Assembly (NCBI GenBank): GCA_038322745.1
Contig: JBBQGF010000001.1
Coordinates: forward strand, 19,258-83,257
Direction of reading: 5' to 3'
Length of the DNA stretch: 64,000 nt
Source of the DNA: Minisyncoccia bacterium
GTDB lineage: Bacteria; Patescibacteriota; Minisyncoccia; Phycocordibacterales; UBA9973
This document shows, piece by piece, positions 51,001 to 59,973 of this stretch. The notes beneath the pieces are model-generated. The model saw nothing but the letters and a program-made list of their open reading frames with translations, did no database searches and was not told the origin of the DNA. The position numbers were made by a program, and so were the translations under genes. Each line of letters starts with the position of its first letter. The stretch's first letter is position 1.

Positions 51001-51234
51001 TAATTGTCTTTCAATCTTAAAAGTATCAATATTAATACCTGGCGTATAATCCCAATTAAGAGAAACAGTAGTTGTTATCCCAGATACTGTCGATGTTGGT
51101 ATTAAATTTGTTGGTGATGGTATATTTGAAGATGCAAATATAACATTCCAAGTGATAGAAACTATAATTGAAAAACCTAAAATTAAAATAAAATCTCTAA
51201 TTTTTGGATGTATTTTCGAAATAATTTTTTTCAT
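48013..51234 (-). CDS. large surface protein with FN3 and Ig-like repeats and C-terminal TM anchor
   Basis: 4 FN3-like repeats (PPT.L..W..ERKL..W..Y.YR.RAC), 2 DKT.YTIGE..NYTWTC modules, Pro-rich linker, C-terminal Ig-like domain and TM. Confidence 0.85.
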   Translation of the reverse strand: MKKIISKIHPKIRDFILILGFSIIVSITWNVIFASSNIPSPTNLIPTSTVSGITTTVSLNWDYTPGINIDTFKIERQLATPAGANWQNISTIPGTIFISTDTITNTNTTNTSTIYLYRVSACQNSSGVSSICSDPSNIVEVIIPAYNPNNTCTNLTLTLDKTTYTIGEIINYTWTCIPPGTIGNVSSYIKKLSNTTMVSINPISSGSTQTMTYSTSNIQTGAGSYNLIVCLGDSCTTGSSSQSFALVLNGGGGTNPPLPPTTLSFTPSTSASSNIILHWVNPSSNNANGFEIQRKLHTETTWGNSALITGVNSNSYANMINTNTLYDYQIRSCIFTSGATSICSEYVLLENVIIQANTPNLPLPPTYLTSISTSNSVSLNWIYNVTNISRFKVERKLSSEPTTAWILLPQINTTITPTYNDSSVITEKIYNYRVRACQNVSETALICSEPSNEITVTIPSIIPVNIACNSINLNMNKTAYTIGESVNYTWTCSPLNTTGNVSIWLQSPNGINTIKATGSSSSTQTMSLTTSNLATGVYTLKACLGSSCSTANTIQSSKTFMLISPLITISPPTNLLSTVTSSYILLSWTNNTTNINRYSIERKLSSQFAASWTLLPQANTATPLFKDSNVTSGATYDYRIRACVETNCSNPALISNIYVPIPIIEATPIKIIDKPSVVPTNITINKPIVPVVTSIVIPNTISSPDIPLIKVAPSEVPLKINNLSSAIEESQKQIDTIKIQLIKIIDENIANIIKNADTTGQGIDTSRIYDYRNKLVKKIEFRLSILINITPNDIDNLKIEVSRGIEDIKTLSGINIASNQLPKTDGENVVKVFDTLSDIASNQNQIIKKQGGDLLYKDTNNDGISNYDSLYVYNIDPVKPSIISSFEGKSIGAAEKILLGFDPTKTELVKIKVEEPLESIAKIIPSYKINNVDLVNKKEVTIKGQALPNSYVTVYIYSTPIVVTIKTDITGEWSYTLDKELDNGDHTVYVATVNNMGNIVAKSPGYPFTKTAEAVTLNDIPIPQASIETGKPGLLEGSNLFILISIFIVIIILILVLTGIISKKDNQNQNLVQ

Positions 51235-51255
51235 AATATTATTTTAATTTTATTA

Positions 51256-52641
51256 TTAATTGACCAATGGAAATGAAACTATAAAATGTGAACCTACTCC
51301 TTTTATTGATTCTACTGATATATCTCCATTCATTTGTTTGATTATTTGAATAGTAATCCATAATCCTAAACCAGTGCCTCGTATTTTTTCTGTCTCTTTT
51401 GTACGAATTCTATAAAACTTTTCAAATAACTTTTTTCTTTCTTCTTCACTCATTCCTATTCCAGTATCGCTAACTCTTAAATATAGGCGATTATCTTCCA
51501 TGTATTGCCTTACTACTATTTCCCCTTTGTTTGAATATTTTACTGCATTCCCTATCAAATTAACTAGGATTTGCTTGAAGCGATTTACATCAATATTTAT
51601 ATATTGATTAGCCTCTATCTTTGATTTATCGAAGGAAATACCAAGACCTTTTTCTTTAGCAGATAAAGAAAAAGAAGATATAATCTGCTCAGTAATTTCA
51701 GACGGATTTATTTTTTCCACTTCAAGAGAAAGTCTTCCTTGTTCTATTCTGGATACATCTAAAATGTCACCCACTAAGGAGTCTAGCTCCTTGGTCGATA
51801 TTTCAATTTTTGTTACATAATCTTTAGTTTCTGGTGTAAGCCCAGGTGCATCATGTAAAAAATCAGCATATCCTCTGATGATAGTTAGTGGGGTACGAAG
51901 TTCATGTGATGCCATAGATATAAAATCATCTTTTAATTGATCAACTTCTTTCAGTCTTTTGTATAAATCCATATAATCAATTATTTTTGAATGTCTAAAG
52001 AATAAAAATAGAATGAAAAAAATAACTACGAATAATAAAAATCTACTATTATTTATACTATCATTAATTGTCATATCAGCAATTGAGAGAGTTTGCGTAG
52101 TTGCTACTATTCCTAAAATATTTCCAGTTGAATCAGTTATTGCTCTAGTAGTCTTGAATAATCTTTCATTGTTTATATTATCTACGATTGTCACAGAGTG
52201 ACTTGTATCTCCAGATGCAAGAGTATATAGAAATGATATTTGATTATTCATTTTTCCTATTTCATCAAGTTTATCAGAAGCAATGATTCTATAGGAGATT
52301 GTATTTTTGTTAAGAACTGAATCAAATATAATCTCTTTTTGTATTATATTAAAACTTTTGATTGTTTCATTTGTAGATATTACTTCTTTGATTTTATTAT
52401 TTAAATATTCAGGATCCCCTATCTTATCACCTGCAAAAGATACAAAAGCATCTTGAAGAGAGCCTATACGAACATTTACAAGACGCTCCTGTGCGTCATT
52501 GGCAATATTTATAAATCTCTGTGACATTAAAATAAAAGAACCAGTTATTACAAATGCAATAACTATGGTATAAACCAGTTGAGAATTCCCAGATATTTTC
52601 TTTATTCCCTTCTTTAAATTTGAGTAAAGAAACTCGAACAT
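51256..52641 (-). CDS. membrane sensor histidine kinase
   Basis: 2 TM helices, SHELRTPL H-box, NAVKY, DTGIG, GTGLGL. Confidence 0.93.
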   Translation of the reverse strand: MFEFLYSNLKKGIKKISGNSQLVYTIVIAFVITGSFILMSQRFINIANDAQERLVNVRIGSLQDAFVSFAGDKIGDPEYLNNKIKEVISTNETIKSFNIIQKEIIFDSVLNKNTISYRIIASDKLDEIGKMNNQISFLYTLASGDTSHSVTIVDNINNERLFKTTRAITDSTGNILGIVATTQTLSIADMTINDSINNSRFLLFVVIFFILFLFFRHSKIIDYMDLYKRLKEVDQLKDDFISMASHELRTPLTIIRGYADFLHDAPGLTPETKDYVTKIEISTKELDSLVGDILDVSRIEQGRLSLEVEKINPSEITEQIISSFSLSAKEKGLGISFDKSKIEANQYINIDVNRFKQILVNLIGNAVKYSNKGEIVVRQYMEDNRLYLRVSDTGIGMSEEERKKLFEKFYRIRTKETEKIRGTGLGLWITIQIIKQMNGDISVESIKGVGSHFIVSFPLVN

Positions 52642-52731
52642 ATATAAATAATAGCATTAAATATTAAAATAAAATAGGATTTATTACCTATAAACTAGAT
52701 AAAGACTAGTATAAATGCTAATATCTTATAT

Positions 52732-53631
52732 ATGGAAAAATCATTAATTGAATCAAATACTATATTGTCAACAGAATCCAAACAAAATATAGAATCAAAT
52801 AAAACAAATGATAAAATTTTACTTGAAATGGTTCAAGGTATTAAAACAAAATTAGAACCATTTATTGATAAAAGTGATAATTTTATTAATATTGAAAAAT
52901 CTATTGATGAATGTCTTGATATTTTAAATGAAAAAATACTAGAAATTAAATCAAAAGAAAATGATAAAATTAGTAATCTTTTAGCCATAACAATTCATGA
53001 TATTAGAAACTTCTTAGGTCAAGCTATTGGTTTTGCTAAAATACTAAAAGATGATGATGATGATATATTTGACGAGGAAGAAAAAATTAAATTTATTAAT
53101 ATTATAAATACTGCTATCTTATCTTCTATAGAATTAATTGATTCAATTATAAATAATTTAGATTTATCTAAAATTGAAATATTAGATTTAAACCTGAAGA
53201 ATGAAGCTGACAATATCATAGAGTCATATATTACTATAGCTAGTAATAAAGATATCAAATTGATAAATAACGTGGCAGAAGGAATAAATATAAAAGTAAA
53301 TAAATCATCACTGCATGCTATATTAAGAAATTTATATTCTAATGCTCTAAAGTTCACACCAGAATCAGGCAATATAACTATATCATCAAAACAAAATAAT
53401 CTTGGTATAGAATTAACAATAGAAGATACTGGAGTTGGAATGAGTGAAGATGAAATAAAAAAACTTGTTAATCCAAAGCACTCTTTTTCTAAAATAGGAT
53501 TAAATAATGAACAAGGTTCAGGAATAGGAATGAAAATTTCATTAGAGATGCTCGAAAATATTGGAGGTAAAATAAAAATAGAAAGCGAAGTAGGAGTTGG
53601 AAGTAAATTTATAATTACATTACCCAAATAA
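52732..53631 (+). CDS. soluble histidine kinase without a recognisable sensor domain
   Basis: HDIRN H-box, NALKFT, DTGVG, GSGIG. Confidence 0.88.
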   Translation: MEKSLIESNTILSTESKQNIESNKTNDKILLEMVQGIKTKLEPFIDKSDNFINIEKSIDECLDILNEKILEIKSKENDKISNLLAITIHDIRNFLGQAIGFAKILKDDDDDIFDEEEKIKFINIINTAILSSIELIDSIINNLDLSKIEILDLNLKNEADNIIESYITIASNKDIKLINNVAEGINIKVNKSSLHAILRNLYSNALKFTPESGNITISSKQNNLGIELTIEDTGVGMSEDEIKKLVNPKHSFSKIGLNNEQGSGIGMKISLEMLENIGGKIKIESEVGVGSKFIITLPK

Positions 53632-53651
53632 TCTTAATTTGTAATTATTAA

Positions 53652-54953
53652 TTATCTATCTAACCATTCTTTTTCTTGTCTACATAGAAGTCTTGTACTA
53701 TCTTCTGGATGTGCCATGATTGCTGATGTAGCTCGTTCCAAGCGTACACCTTGTGAACCTTTAATTAGTATTAAATCTCCTTTTTCTACAACTCCCATTA
53801 AAAATTTTGCTGCAGTAATAGATGAATCAAAACTATAAAGATTTTTTACTTTAAAACCTTTACTTAATGCTCCATCGGCAATAAATTTTGAACGAGGACC
53901 TACAACAATGAGCATATTTGCTATAGATGCGATATTCTCCCCAATATTATAGTGCTCTTCTTCTGTATATTTACCAAGTTCAAGCATATCTCCTAATACA
54001 GCAATTTTTCTTTTACTTTTCATTTCTTTTAATACTTCTAATGCAGAAATAGCTGCTATTGGAGAAGAATTATAAGTATCATCTATTATAAGAGAATTAT
54101 TAATACCTTCTATTAATGATAACCTTCCAGGAGGAGTATTATATTCACTTATATATTTTATTGATTCTAATAAATCACATCCTATTTCAGATGCAACAGC
54201 AATAGAAGCAAGGGCAGAACCTATTTGATGCTTACCTACGATATTTGGTAATAATATAGGAAAAGTATTCCCTTCGTGTTCAAGCTTAAAACTTAGACCA
54301 CAAGTAACTTCTATGCCGTTTACATCTATATTCATATATGTAGGATAAGTAGAATGATAAGTAGCATTTTCATTCATTCCAAATGAAACTGTTCTACGAT
54401 TTGCTTTAGTATGAACAGCATATACTTTTTCATCATCGTGATTTAAAATAAGTAAACCTTCCGGTTTTAAAGCATAAGCTAAAGCACTTTTTTCTTCTAT
54501 AATAGCTTCAACACTTCCAAAAAATTCAATGTGTACTGGTTTATCAGGAAATCTTGTTATAACGACTATATCTGGAGATAACCACGGAGTTACATTCTTT
54601 TTTATATCACCTGGTTTTCCAACTCCAACTTCTAATATTAAATACTCGGGATATTCTCTTTTCCATAAAATCAAACTGAGACCTATTATAATATTTTCAA
54701 CCCAAACAAATGGATTACTCCAACCATTTGGACAACCTAAAATAGTAAGTGGTAATCCTATTTCACTGTTAAAGCTTTTTTGGCTTTTCCTGACTTTTTT
54801 AAATTTTGATAGTACTATAAATATTGCATCTTTTGTAGAAGTTTTACCAACAGAGCCTGTAATCGCAATAATTTTAGGTTTATAACGCTTAATCACCATC
54901 TTGGCTTCCCAAGTTAAAATTGTAACTATAATTTTTTTAAATGTGTTTTTCAT
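53652..54953 (-). CDS. murF: UDP-MurNAc-tripeptide:D-Ala-D-Ala ligase
   Basis: ITGSVGKTSTK, NSEIGLPLT, DDTYNSSP, LGDMLELG, KGSQG. Confidence 0.93.
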   Translation of the reverse strand: MKNTFKKIIVTILTWEAKMVIKRYKPKIIAITGSVGKTSTKDAIFIVLSKFKKVRKSQKSFNSEIGLPLTILGCPNGWSNPFVWVENIIIGLSLILWKREYPEYLILEVGVGKPGDIKKNVTPWLSPDIVVITRFPDKPVHIEFFGSVEAIIEEKSALAYALKPEGLLILNHDDEKVYAVHTKANRRTVSFGMNENATYHSTYPTYMNIDVNGIEVTCGLSFKLEHEGNTFPILLPNIVGKHQIGSALASIAVASEIGCDLLESIKYISEYNTPPGRLSLIEGINNSLIIDDTYNSSPIAAISALEVLKEMKSKRKIAVLGDMLELGKYTEEEHYNIGENIASIANMLIVVGPRSKFIADGALSKGFKVKNLYSFDSSITAAKFLMGVVEKGDLILIKGSQGVRLERATSAIMAHPEDSTRLLCRQEKEWLDR

Positions 54954-54961
54954 ATTTATTA

Positions 54962-56671
54962 TTATCTATCTGGTGGAACATTATAATAATTTAATAAAAA
55001 CTTTGTAATATTAATAAATGGTGGAATTAACGTTTGTGATGCATATTTTACTTCTTTTGGGTTTTTTAAGAATAAAAATACTATAAATTGAGGATCGTAT
55101 GCGGGGAAATATCCAAAGAATGAATGTGTGTGTCTATCTAAATAATAACCTTTTCCATTCTCTAATGCCACTTGTGCAGTTCCTGTTTTTGATGCAATAC
55201 TATAATGCTCCATTTTATGTGAACCACTATCATAAGCTTCAAATACGTGAACTAACATACGGCTAATGGTTTCTGATGTCTCTTTCTTTATTATACCAGA
55301 ACGTGAATATGGATACTCTAATATCTTAGAAGTTCCATCGTCATACCTTATTTGTTTAACCAAGTGTGGAACTACTAGATTACCACCATTTGCAATTGAA
55401 GAAAATGCTCTAATAGCTTCTATTGGGGTCAATGCTATACCTTGACCAAAGGATGCATTTGCATATTCAATATTTCTTGGACTTTCTAAATTACTTATTA
55501 GACCAGATGTTTCATTTGGTAAATCTATTCCTGTTTTCTCTCCGATTCCAAAAGATTTCATGTAGGTTCTAAATTTTGTATGACCTAATTTACTTTCTGT
55601 AAAAACCATCCCCGTATTTAACGATTGATCAAGGACTGTTTGCATAGAAACAACACCTCTGCCCTTTTTATCAAAATTATTAATAATTTTTTTATCAATA
55701 GTTACAGAGCCACTATCTAGATATGTTGTATCTGGTGTAACTACTCCTATATCAAGTGCTGCTGACATTACTAGTGGCTTGATAACTGAACCAAATTCTA
55801 AAACATCTTCTACTAATATATTTCTGTATATACTTGTTTTTGATACATCTCCAAATTTATTTAAATCAAAAGTTGGTAGTCCAGCAATCGCATATATTTC
55901 ACCAGTTTGTGGATTCATAATTATTCCACCAGCAGAATCAGCATTCCAATTTTTAAATGCAGTATTAAGTTCATCTTCAAGAACTCGTTGAGTAGATGGC
56001 TCAATAGTAGTTATTATATCGCCTTGTTTTTGTGTATCATTAACTTTATTTTTTATATTTGAAAAAACCTCAGCAAAAAAATTAATGTATGCTTCATCTT
56101 TTGGTTTTGATAGTGTTGATTCATAAGAACGCTCTAGACCATACTGTCCTATTTTGTTATCACCTTTATATGCTAAAAAACCAAGGCTATGAGAAGCCAA
56201 ATTTCCACCAGGGTAAAATCTCCAATTATCTTTAAAAACTGAAATGCCTGGAATTTTTAAACTATCTATAGTATCTACTTGTTCTTTTGTTAAATGAAAT
56301 GCGACCTCTTCGTATGGATCATTTTTTTTATTAGCCTTAGATATGAAAGTATTGTAGTCCATATCAAGGTATGGACTAAGAGACTTATATGTCATTTCAG
56401 AATCAATTATATCTTTTGCTTTAATTGCTATTTTAAAACCAGAAGAAACAGTTCCTGCTGCTACCGGTGATCCATCTTTTTTGGTAAAAAATATTGAGCC
56501 TCTATTAAAAATATTATTTGATGGTGTGGCATATTGCCTATCAGCTTTTTCTGTATAAAGATTTTTATGAATTATTTGAATATAAAAAAGTTTAGAAGCA
56601 AGAATCATTCCAAAAAAAATAACTAAAGCAGATACTATTCTTATTCTAGATTGAAACGATGATAAGTTCAT
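54962..56671 (-). CDS. ftsI: class B penicillin-binding protein (division, PBP3-like)
   Basis: GSVIK (SxxK), SLN, KTGT; position in the dcw cluster. Confidence 0.88.
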   Translation of the reverse strand: MNLSSFQSRIRIVSALVIFFGMILASKLFYIQIIHKNLYTEKADRQYATPSNNIFNRGSIFFTKKDGSPVAAGTVSSGFKIAIKAKDIIDSEMTYKSLSPYLDMDYNTFISKANKKNDPYEEVAFHLTKEQVDTIDSLKIPGISVFKDNWRFYPGGNLASHSLGFLAYKGDNKIGQYGLERSYESTLSKPKDEAYINFFAEVFSNIKNKVNDTQKQGDIITTIEPSTQRVLEDELNTAFKNWNADSAGGIIMNPQTGEIYAIAGLPTFDLNKFGDVSKTSIYRNILVEDVLEFGSVIKPLVMSAALDIGVVTPDTTYLDSGSVTIDKKIINNFDKKGRGVVSMQTVLDQSLNTGMVFTESKLGHTKFRTYMKSFGIGEKTGIDLPNETSGLISNLESPRNIEYANASFGQGIALTPIEAIRAFSSIANGGNLVVPHLVKQIRYDDGTSKILEYPYSRSGIIKKETSETISRMLVHVFEAYDSGSHKMEHYSIASKTGTAQVALENGKGYYLDRHTHSFFGYFPAYDPQFIVFLFLKNPKEVKYASQTLIPPFINITKFLLNYYNVPPDR

Positions 56672-56673
56672 CT

Positions 56674-56997
56674 TTATCTGATAGCAACATGATTAATACT
56701 ACGCATAGCAAAAATATTTGATTTTGCATCAACAAAACCAAGAGAAGAAGCACGTAGTTTATTTATATCATTCATATTACTAAGATAGCTTAATTCTAAT
56801 TGACTTATATTACTACCCAAAACTCTCGAAGTGGTTTCAAGTGATTTACGTGCAACAACATTGAATGTAATAGAGCCAATCATATAAATATAGAAAATAG
56901 ATAAACATATTATTGAACCTACAAGTATTCGAAATATAATTCCTTGTGTGTAATTATCTTGGATTATTCCACTTGTTATTTCTTTTGTTTTTTTCAT
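56674..56997 (-). CDS. ftsL: FtsL-like bitopic coiled-coil protein
   Basis: TM plus leucine heptad ending in A..LGF, between rsmH and ftsI. Confidence 0.6.
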   Translation of the reverse strand: MKKTKEITSGIIQDNYTQGIIFRILVGSIICLSIFYIYMIGSITFNVVARKSLETTSRVLGSNISQLELSYLSNMNDINKLRASSLGFVDAKSNIFAMRSINHVAIR

Positions 56998-57007
56998 ATG
57001 TTTTATA

Positions 57008-57907
57008 TTATATTTTTTCTATTAATCTTAATTTTGAACTTCGAGAACGTGGATTTTTCTTTAGTTCTTCTTCATTTGGTATTATCGGTTTCTTTGTGAG
57101 AATGTTCCCTTTTTCATTTTCTTTTAAAGAAATAAAAGCTTTTTTTACTATTCTGTCTTCGAGACTATGAAAGGTAATAATTGCCATTCTCCCTCCTTTA
57201 TTTAAACAATCGAACCCTTTTTGTATTACTTGTTCTAAATTTGAAAGCTCACTGTTTGTTGCAATTCTCAACGCTTGAAATGTTCTAGTAGCTGGGTGAA
57301 TCTTTAAACCTCTACCTCTATAACTTTTACCTACAGCATTATCAATAATTTTTACAAGTTCAAATGTTGTTTCTATCTCTTTTTCACTTCTTGCTTCCAC
57401 TATCATCTTTGCGATTTTTCTGGAAAATTTTTCTTCTCCAAACCCGTATATAATATCTGCTATTGTCTCTTCTCCCCATGTATTTACTATTTCTTTTGCT
57501 GTTAAATCATTTTCTGTAGGATACTTCTTCATTGTCATCAGGAGTGGTTCATCTTTTAAAAATGAAAATCCTCTACCAGCAACTTCTAATTGAAATGAAC
57601 TTATTCCAAGATCTAGTAATATCTTATCTATCTTGGAAATTCCTAAATCTTTTAGAACTTTATCTATATCCTGAAAACCAGAATTTATGAAGGTGAAGCT
57701 ACAAGGCATATGTCCTATTAAAGTCTTTGTTCGATTTTCTGCATCAATATCAAGGTCGAGGCCAATTATTTTAATATCCTTGCCATATCTTTTAATTATT
57801 TCAAAAGTATGTCCTCCACCTCCTAATGTTCCATCAATTATGATATCTCCAGATTTAATATCGAGACCATCGATTGATTCATCTCTAAGTACGGGTATAT
57901 GTGTCAT
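57008..57907 (-). CDS. rsmH: 16S rRNA m4C1402 methyltransferase
   Basis: HIPVL, DGTLGGGGH, DLGISS.Q, TFQALRI, FHSLEDR, NPRSRS. Confidence 0.96.
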   Translation of the reverse strand: MTHIPVLRDESIDGLDIKSGDIIIDGTLGGGGHTFEIIKRYGKDIKIIGLDLDIDAENRTKTLIGHMPCSFTFINSGFQDIDKVLKDLGISKIDKILLDLGISSFQLEVAGRGFSFLKDEPLLMTMKKYPTENDLTAKEIVNTWGEETIADIIYGFGEEKFSRKIAKMIVEARSEKEIETTFELVKIIDNAVGKSYRGRGLKIHPATRTFQALRIATNSELSNLEQVIQKGFDCLNKGGRMAIITFHSLEDRIVKKAFISLKENEKGNILTKKPIIPNEEELKKNPRSRSSKLRLIEKI

Positions 57908-57908
57908 A

Positions 57909-58343
57909 TTAAAGAACTCCTATCTGCCCTAATTTATCAGCGAGAGCATCAGCTTGTGTCTCAACTAATTTCTTATAATCATTCCATGCAGTTTCATTCC
58001 AGATTTCTGCTCGATTTTGTACTCCAATTACAATTACTTTAGTTGAAAGATTTGAACGATTTTTTAAATTTTCCGGGATTAGTATTCGGCCATTTGCATC
58101 TACATCAACAATAACAGCCTGACCAAACATAAATCTCGAGAAACTTCTATTATCACTTGTAAGCATTGAAGAATCAGATAATTTTAAAGATACTTTTTGC
58201 CATTCTTTTGTAGTAAAAATAGAAAGACAATTATCTAATCCAGGAGCAACAACAACACTCTTCCCCATTTCCTTTCGGAATTTAACGGGTAATGACATTC
58301 TATTCTTGTCATCTAATGTATGTGTGTATTCTCCAATAAGCAT
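57909..58343 (-). CDS. mraZ: transcriptional regulator MraZ
   Basis: LDDKNRMSLP and DANGRILIP AbrB-like repeats. Confidence 0.96.
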   Translation of the reverse strand: MLIGEYTHTLDDKNRMSLPVKFRKEMGKSVVVAPGLDNCLSIFTTKEWQKVSLKLSDSSMLTSDNRSFSRFMFGQAVIVDVDANGRILIPENLKNRSNLSTKVIVIGVQNRAEIWNETAWNDYKKLVETQADALADKLGQIGVL

Positions 58344-58381
58344 AATAATATTATGGAGTAAGGATATTTATGATAAAATAT

Positions 58382-58450
58382 TTATCCCACCTTATCCCAC
58401 TTAATTATATTATACACCACTTTATCCCACAAATAAACAAGGTTCCCCAC
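58382..58450 (-). promoter_or_regulatory. MraZ operator (GTGG repeats in 10-bp register)
   Basis: CCAC ends at 58390, 58400, 58420, 58430 and 58450; a TATAAT on the minus strand lies within the array. Confidence 0.8.
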
Positions 58451-58519
58451 TTTAAACTGTGCATAACTTTGGTTTTAAATAACTTGACTTATTTTAATAT
58501 ATATATTAAAGTAATAAAA

Positions 58520-58712
58520 GTTTTTGTTCTTTAACTTATGTTGATATTAAAAAAGCAACCATCGTGCATTAGGATAATGTGATATTTGTTGAAGTAAGTA
58601 AAATCTTCGACACACAAAAATATTACAAACCTCAACCGAGGTCTAATTTCATAAGGGTAACCTAATCAAAAAGAACAAAAGCCGTATTTCATTCATTTGA
58701 AATACGGCTTAA
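58520..58712 (+). ncRNA. candidate structured non-coding RNA
   Basis: no ORF; TTGACT promoter upstream; nested inverted repeats; strong terminal hairpin at 58679-58710. Confidence 0.4.
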
Positions 58713-58796
58713 TTTTTATCAATTATATAAAATTAAAAGCTCTACAATAATTATTGCAGAGCTTTTTTTATTTACGAATTTTTATTTTAGTATGAA

Positions 58797-59873
58797 TTAT
58801 AAATATTCATGATGAAAATCAAATGGATTTAAATCTAAATCAAAAATATTTATATCTTTAGATTTTAAATTGTTTATTATTTCTACAAAACCTAAATTAT
58901 TCAAATTTGAATATTGTAGATTTTTGTTAGATGATAAAAAATTTACTTCATCATTAGTCATACAAGCAAGAGCTAAATAAGGATCAATTTCAAACTTATT
59001 TTTAATTAAGGAAAGAGAAACTTCTAACCGATTGAATAAGTTATTTTCAATCTGTTCATTGAGCTTAAAATATACATTTTTGTACATCCATTTTTTGAGT
59101 TCTTCAAATTTGGATGAGTAATCAGACTTCTCAAAAGAAATTTTTCCTTCTTCTGAACTCTCTTTAATAAGTTCATAAGAAGCTTTAGCATTTCTTTCTC
59201 TTTGATTTTTTCCAAAATCATAAAAAAGTGTTGGTAATTCATCTTCTTTTATAAACCCAACCCTTACAGCATCATTTATGTCTGAGAAAGTATAAGCTAT
59301 TTTATCGCTATACATAACCAATGTAGCTTCTTGTGATACGTTCTTAGATATTGTCATTGTACCCGCCCCTCTTGAATGATTATACATTCCTTCTAAGGTT
59401 TCGTATGTTAGATTAAGACCAAAACCTTTCCTTTCAATATATTGAGCAACTATTACGCTCATAATACTATGTGCAAAACTTTTACCTGATTTCAGTCTAA
59501 TAAACTTTTCACCAGTGTGACCCATCGGAGTATGACCAATATCATGTCCGTATGACATAGCTTCAGCTAAATATACATTTAGGCCTAAAATTTCAGCATT
59601 AATAGCAGATAGACTAACAACATCATTTGTATGAATTAACCTATTTCTTATATTTGAATGAGCAGAAGGAGGAAAAACTTGTGTTTTATTCTCTAACCTA
59701 CGGTAGAATTTACCGTTTCGGATTTTTTCCCTATCAATCAAAAATGGATTTATGACACCAAAATAACATTCATCTGGATCATCTTTGTATCTACGTCCCA
59801 AACTATCCTCAACCTTTAAAGCAAGGTGAGATAAAGAGCCTTTATAAAGCTCAAAATCATGTTTATTCTCCAT
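58797..59873 (-). CDS. dgt: deoxyguanosinetriphosphate triphosphohydrolase (dGTPase/dNTPase, HD family)
   Basis: DREKI..YRRL..KTQVF, RNRLIH, HDIGHTPMGHTGE, GLNLTYETLEG, SDKIAY..DI.D. Confidence 0.9.
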   Translation of the reverse strand: MENKHDFELYKGSLSHLALKVEDSLGRRYKDDPDECYFGVINPFLIDREKIRNGKFYRRLENKTQVFPPSAHSNIRNRLIHTNDVVSLSAINAEILGLNVYLAEAMSYGHDIGHTPMGHTGEKFIRLKSGKSFAHSIMSVIVAQYIERKGFGLNLTYETLEGMYNHSRGAGTMTISKNVSQEATLVMYSDKIAYTFSDINDAVRVGFIKEDELPTLFYDFGKNQRERNAKASYELIKESSEEGKISFEKSDYSSKFEELKKWMYKNVYFKLNEQIENNLFNRLEVSLSLIKNKFEIDPYLALACMTNDEVNFLSSNKNLQYSNLNNLGFVEIINNLKSKDINIFDLDLNPFDFHHEYL

Positions 59874-59973
59874 ATATTTAGTTTTAAATTTTTATTAATT
59901 TAACCATAAATATTAATGTAAGTCAAAATAAACCCAGAGCTAAGCTCTGGGTTTATTTTGTATTTAATATTAA

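Noticed and set aside
58382-58450. Short tandem repeats as a CRISPR array or iterons
   Set aside because: The units are 4-9 bp in 10-bp register upstream of mraZ, which fits the MraZ operator. There are no spacers or cas genes.
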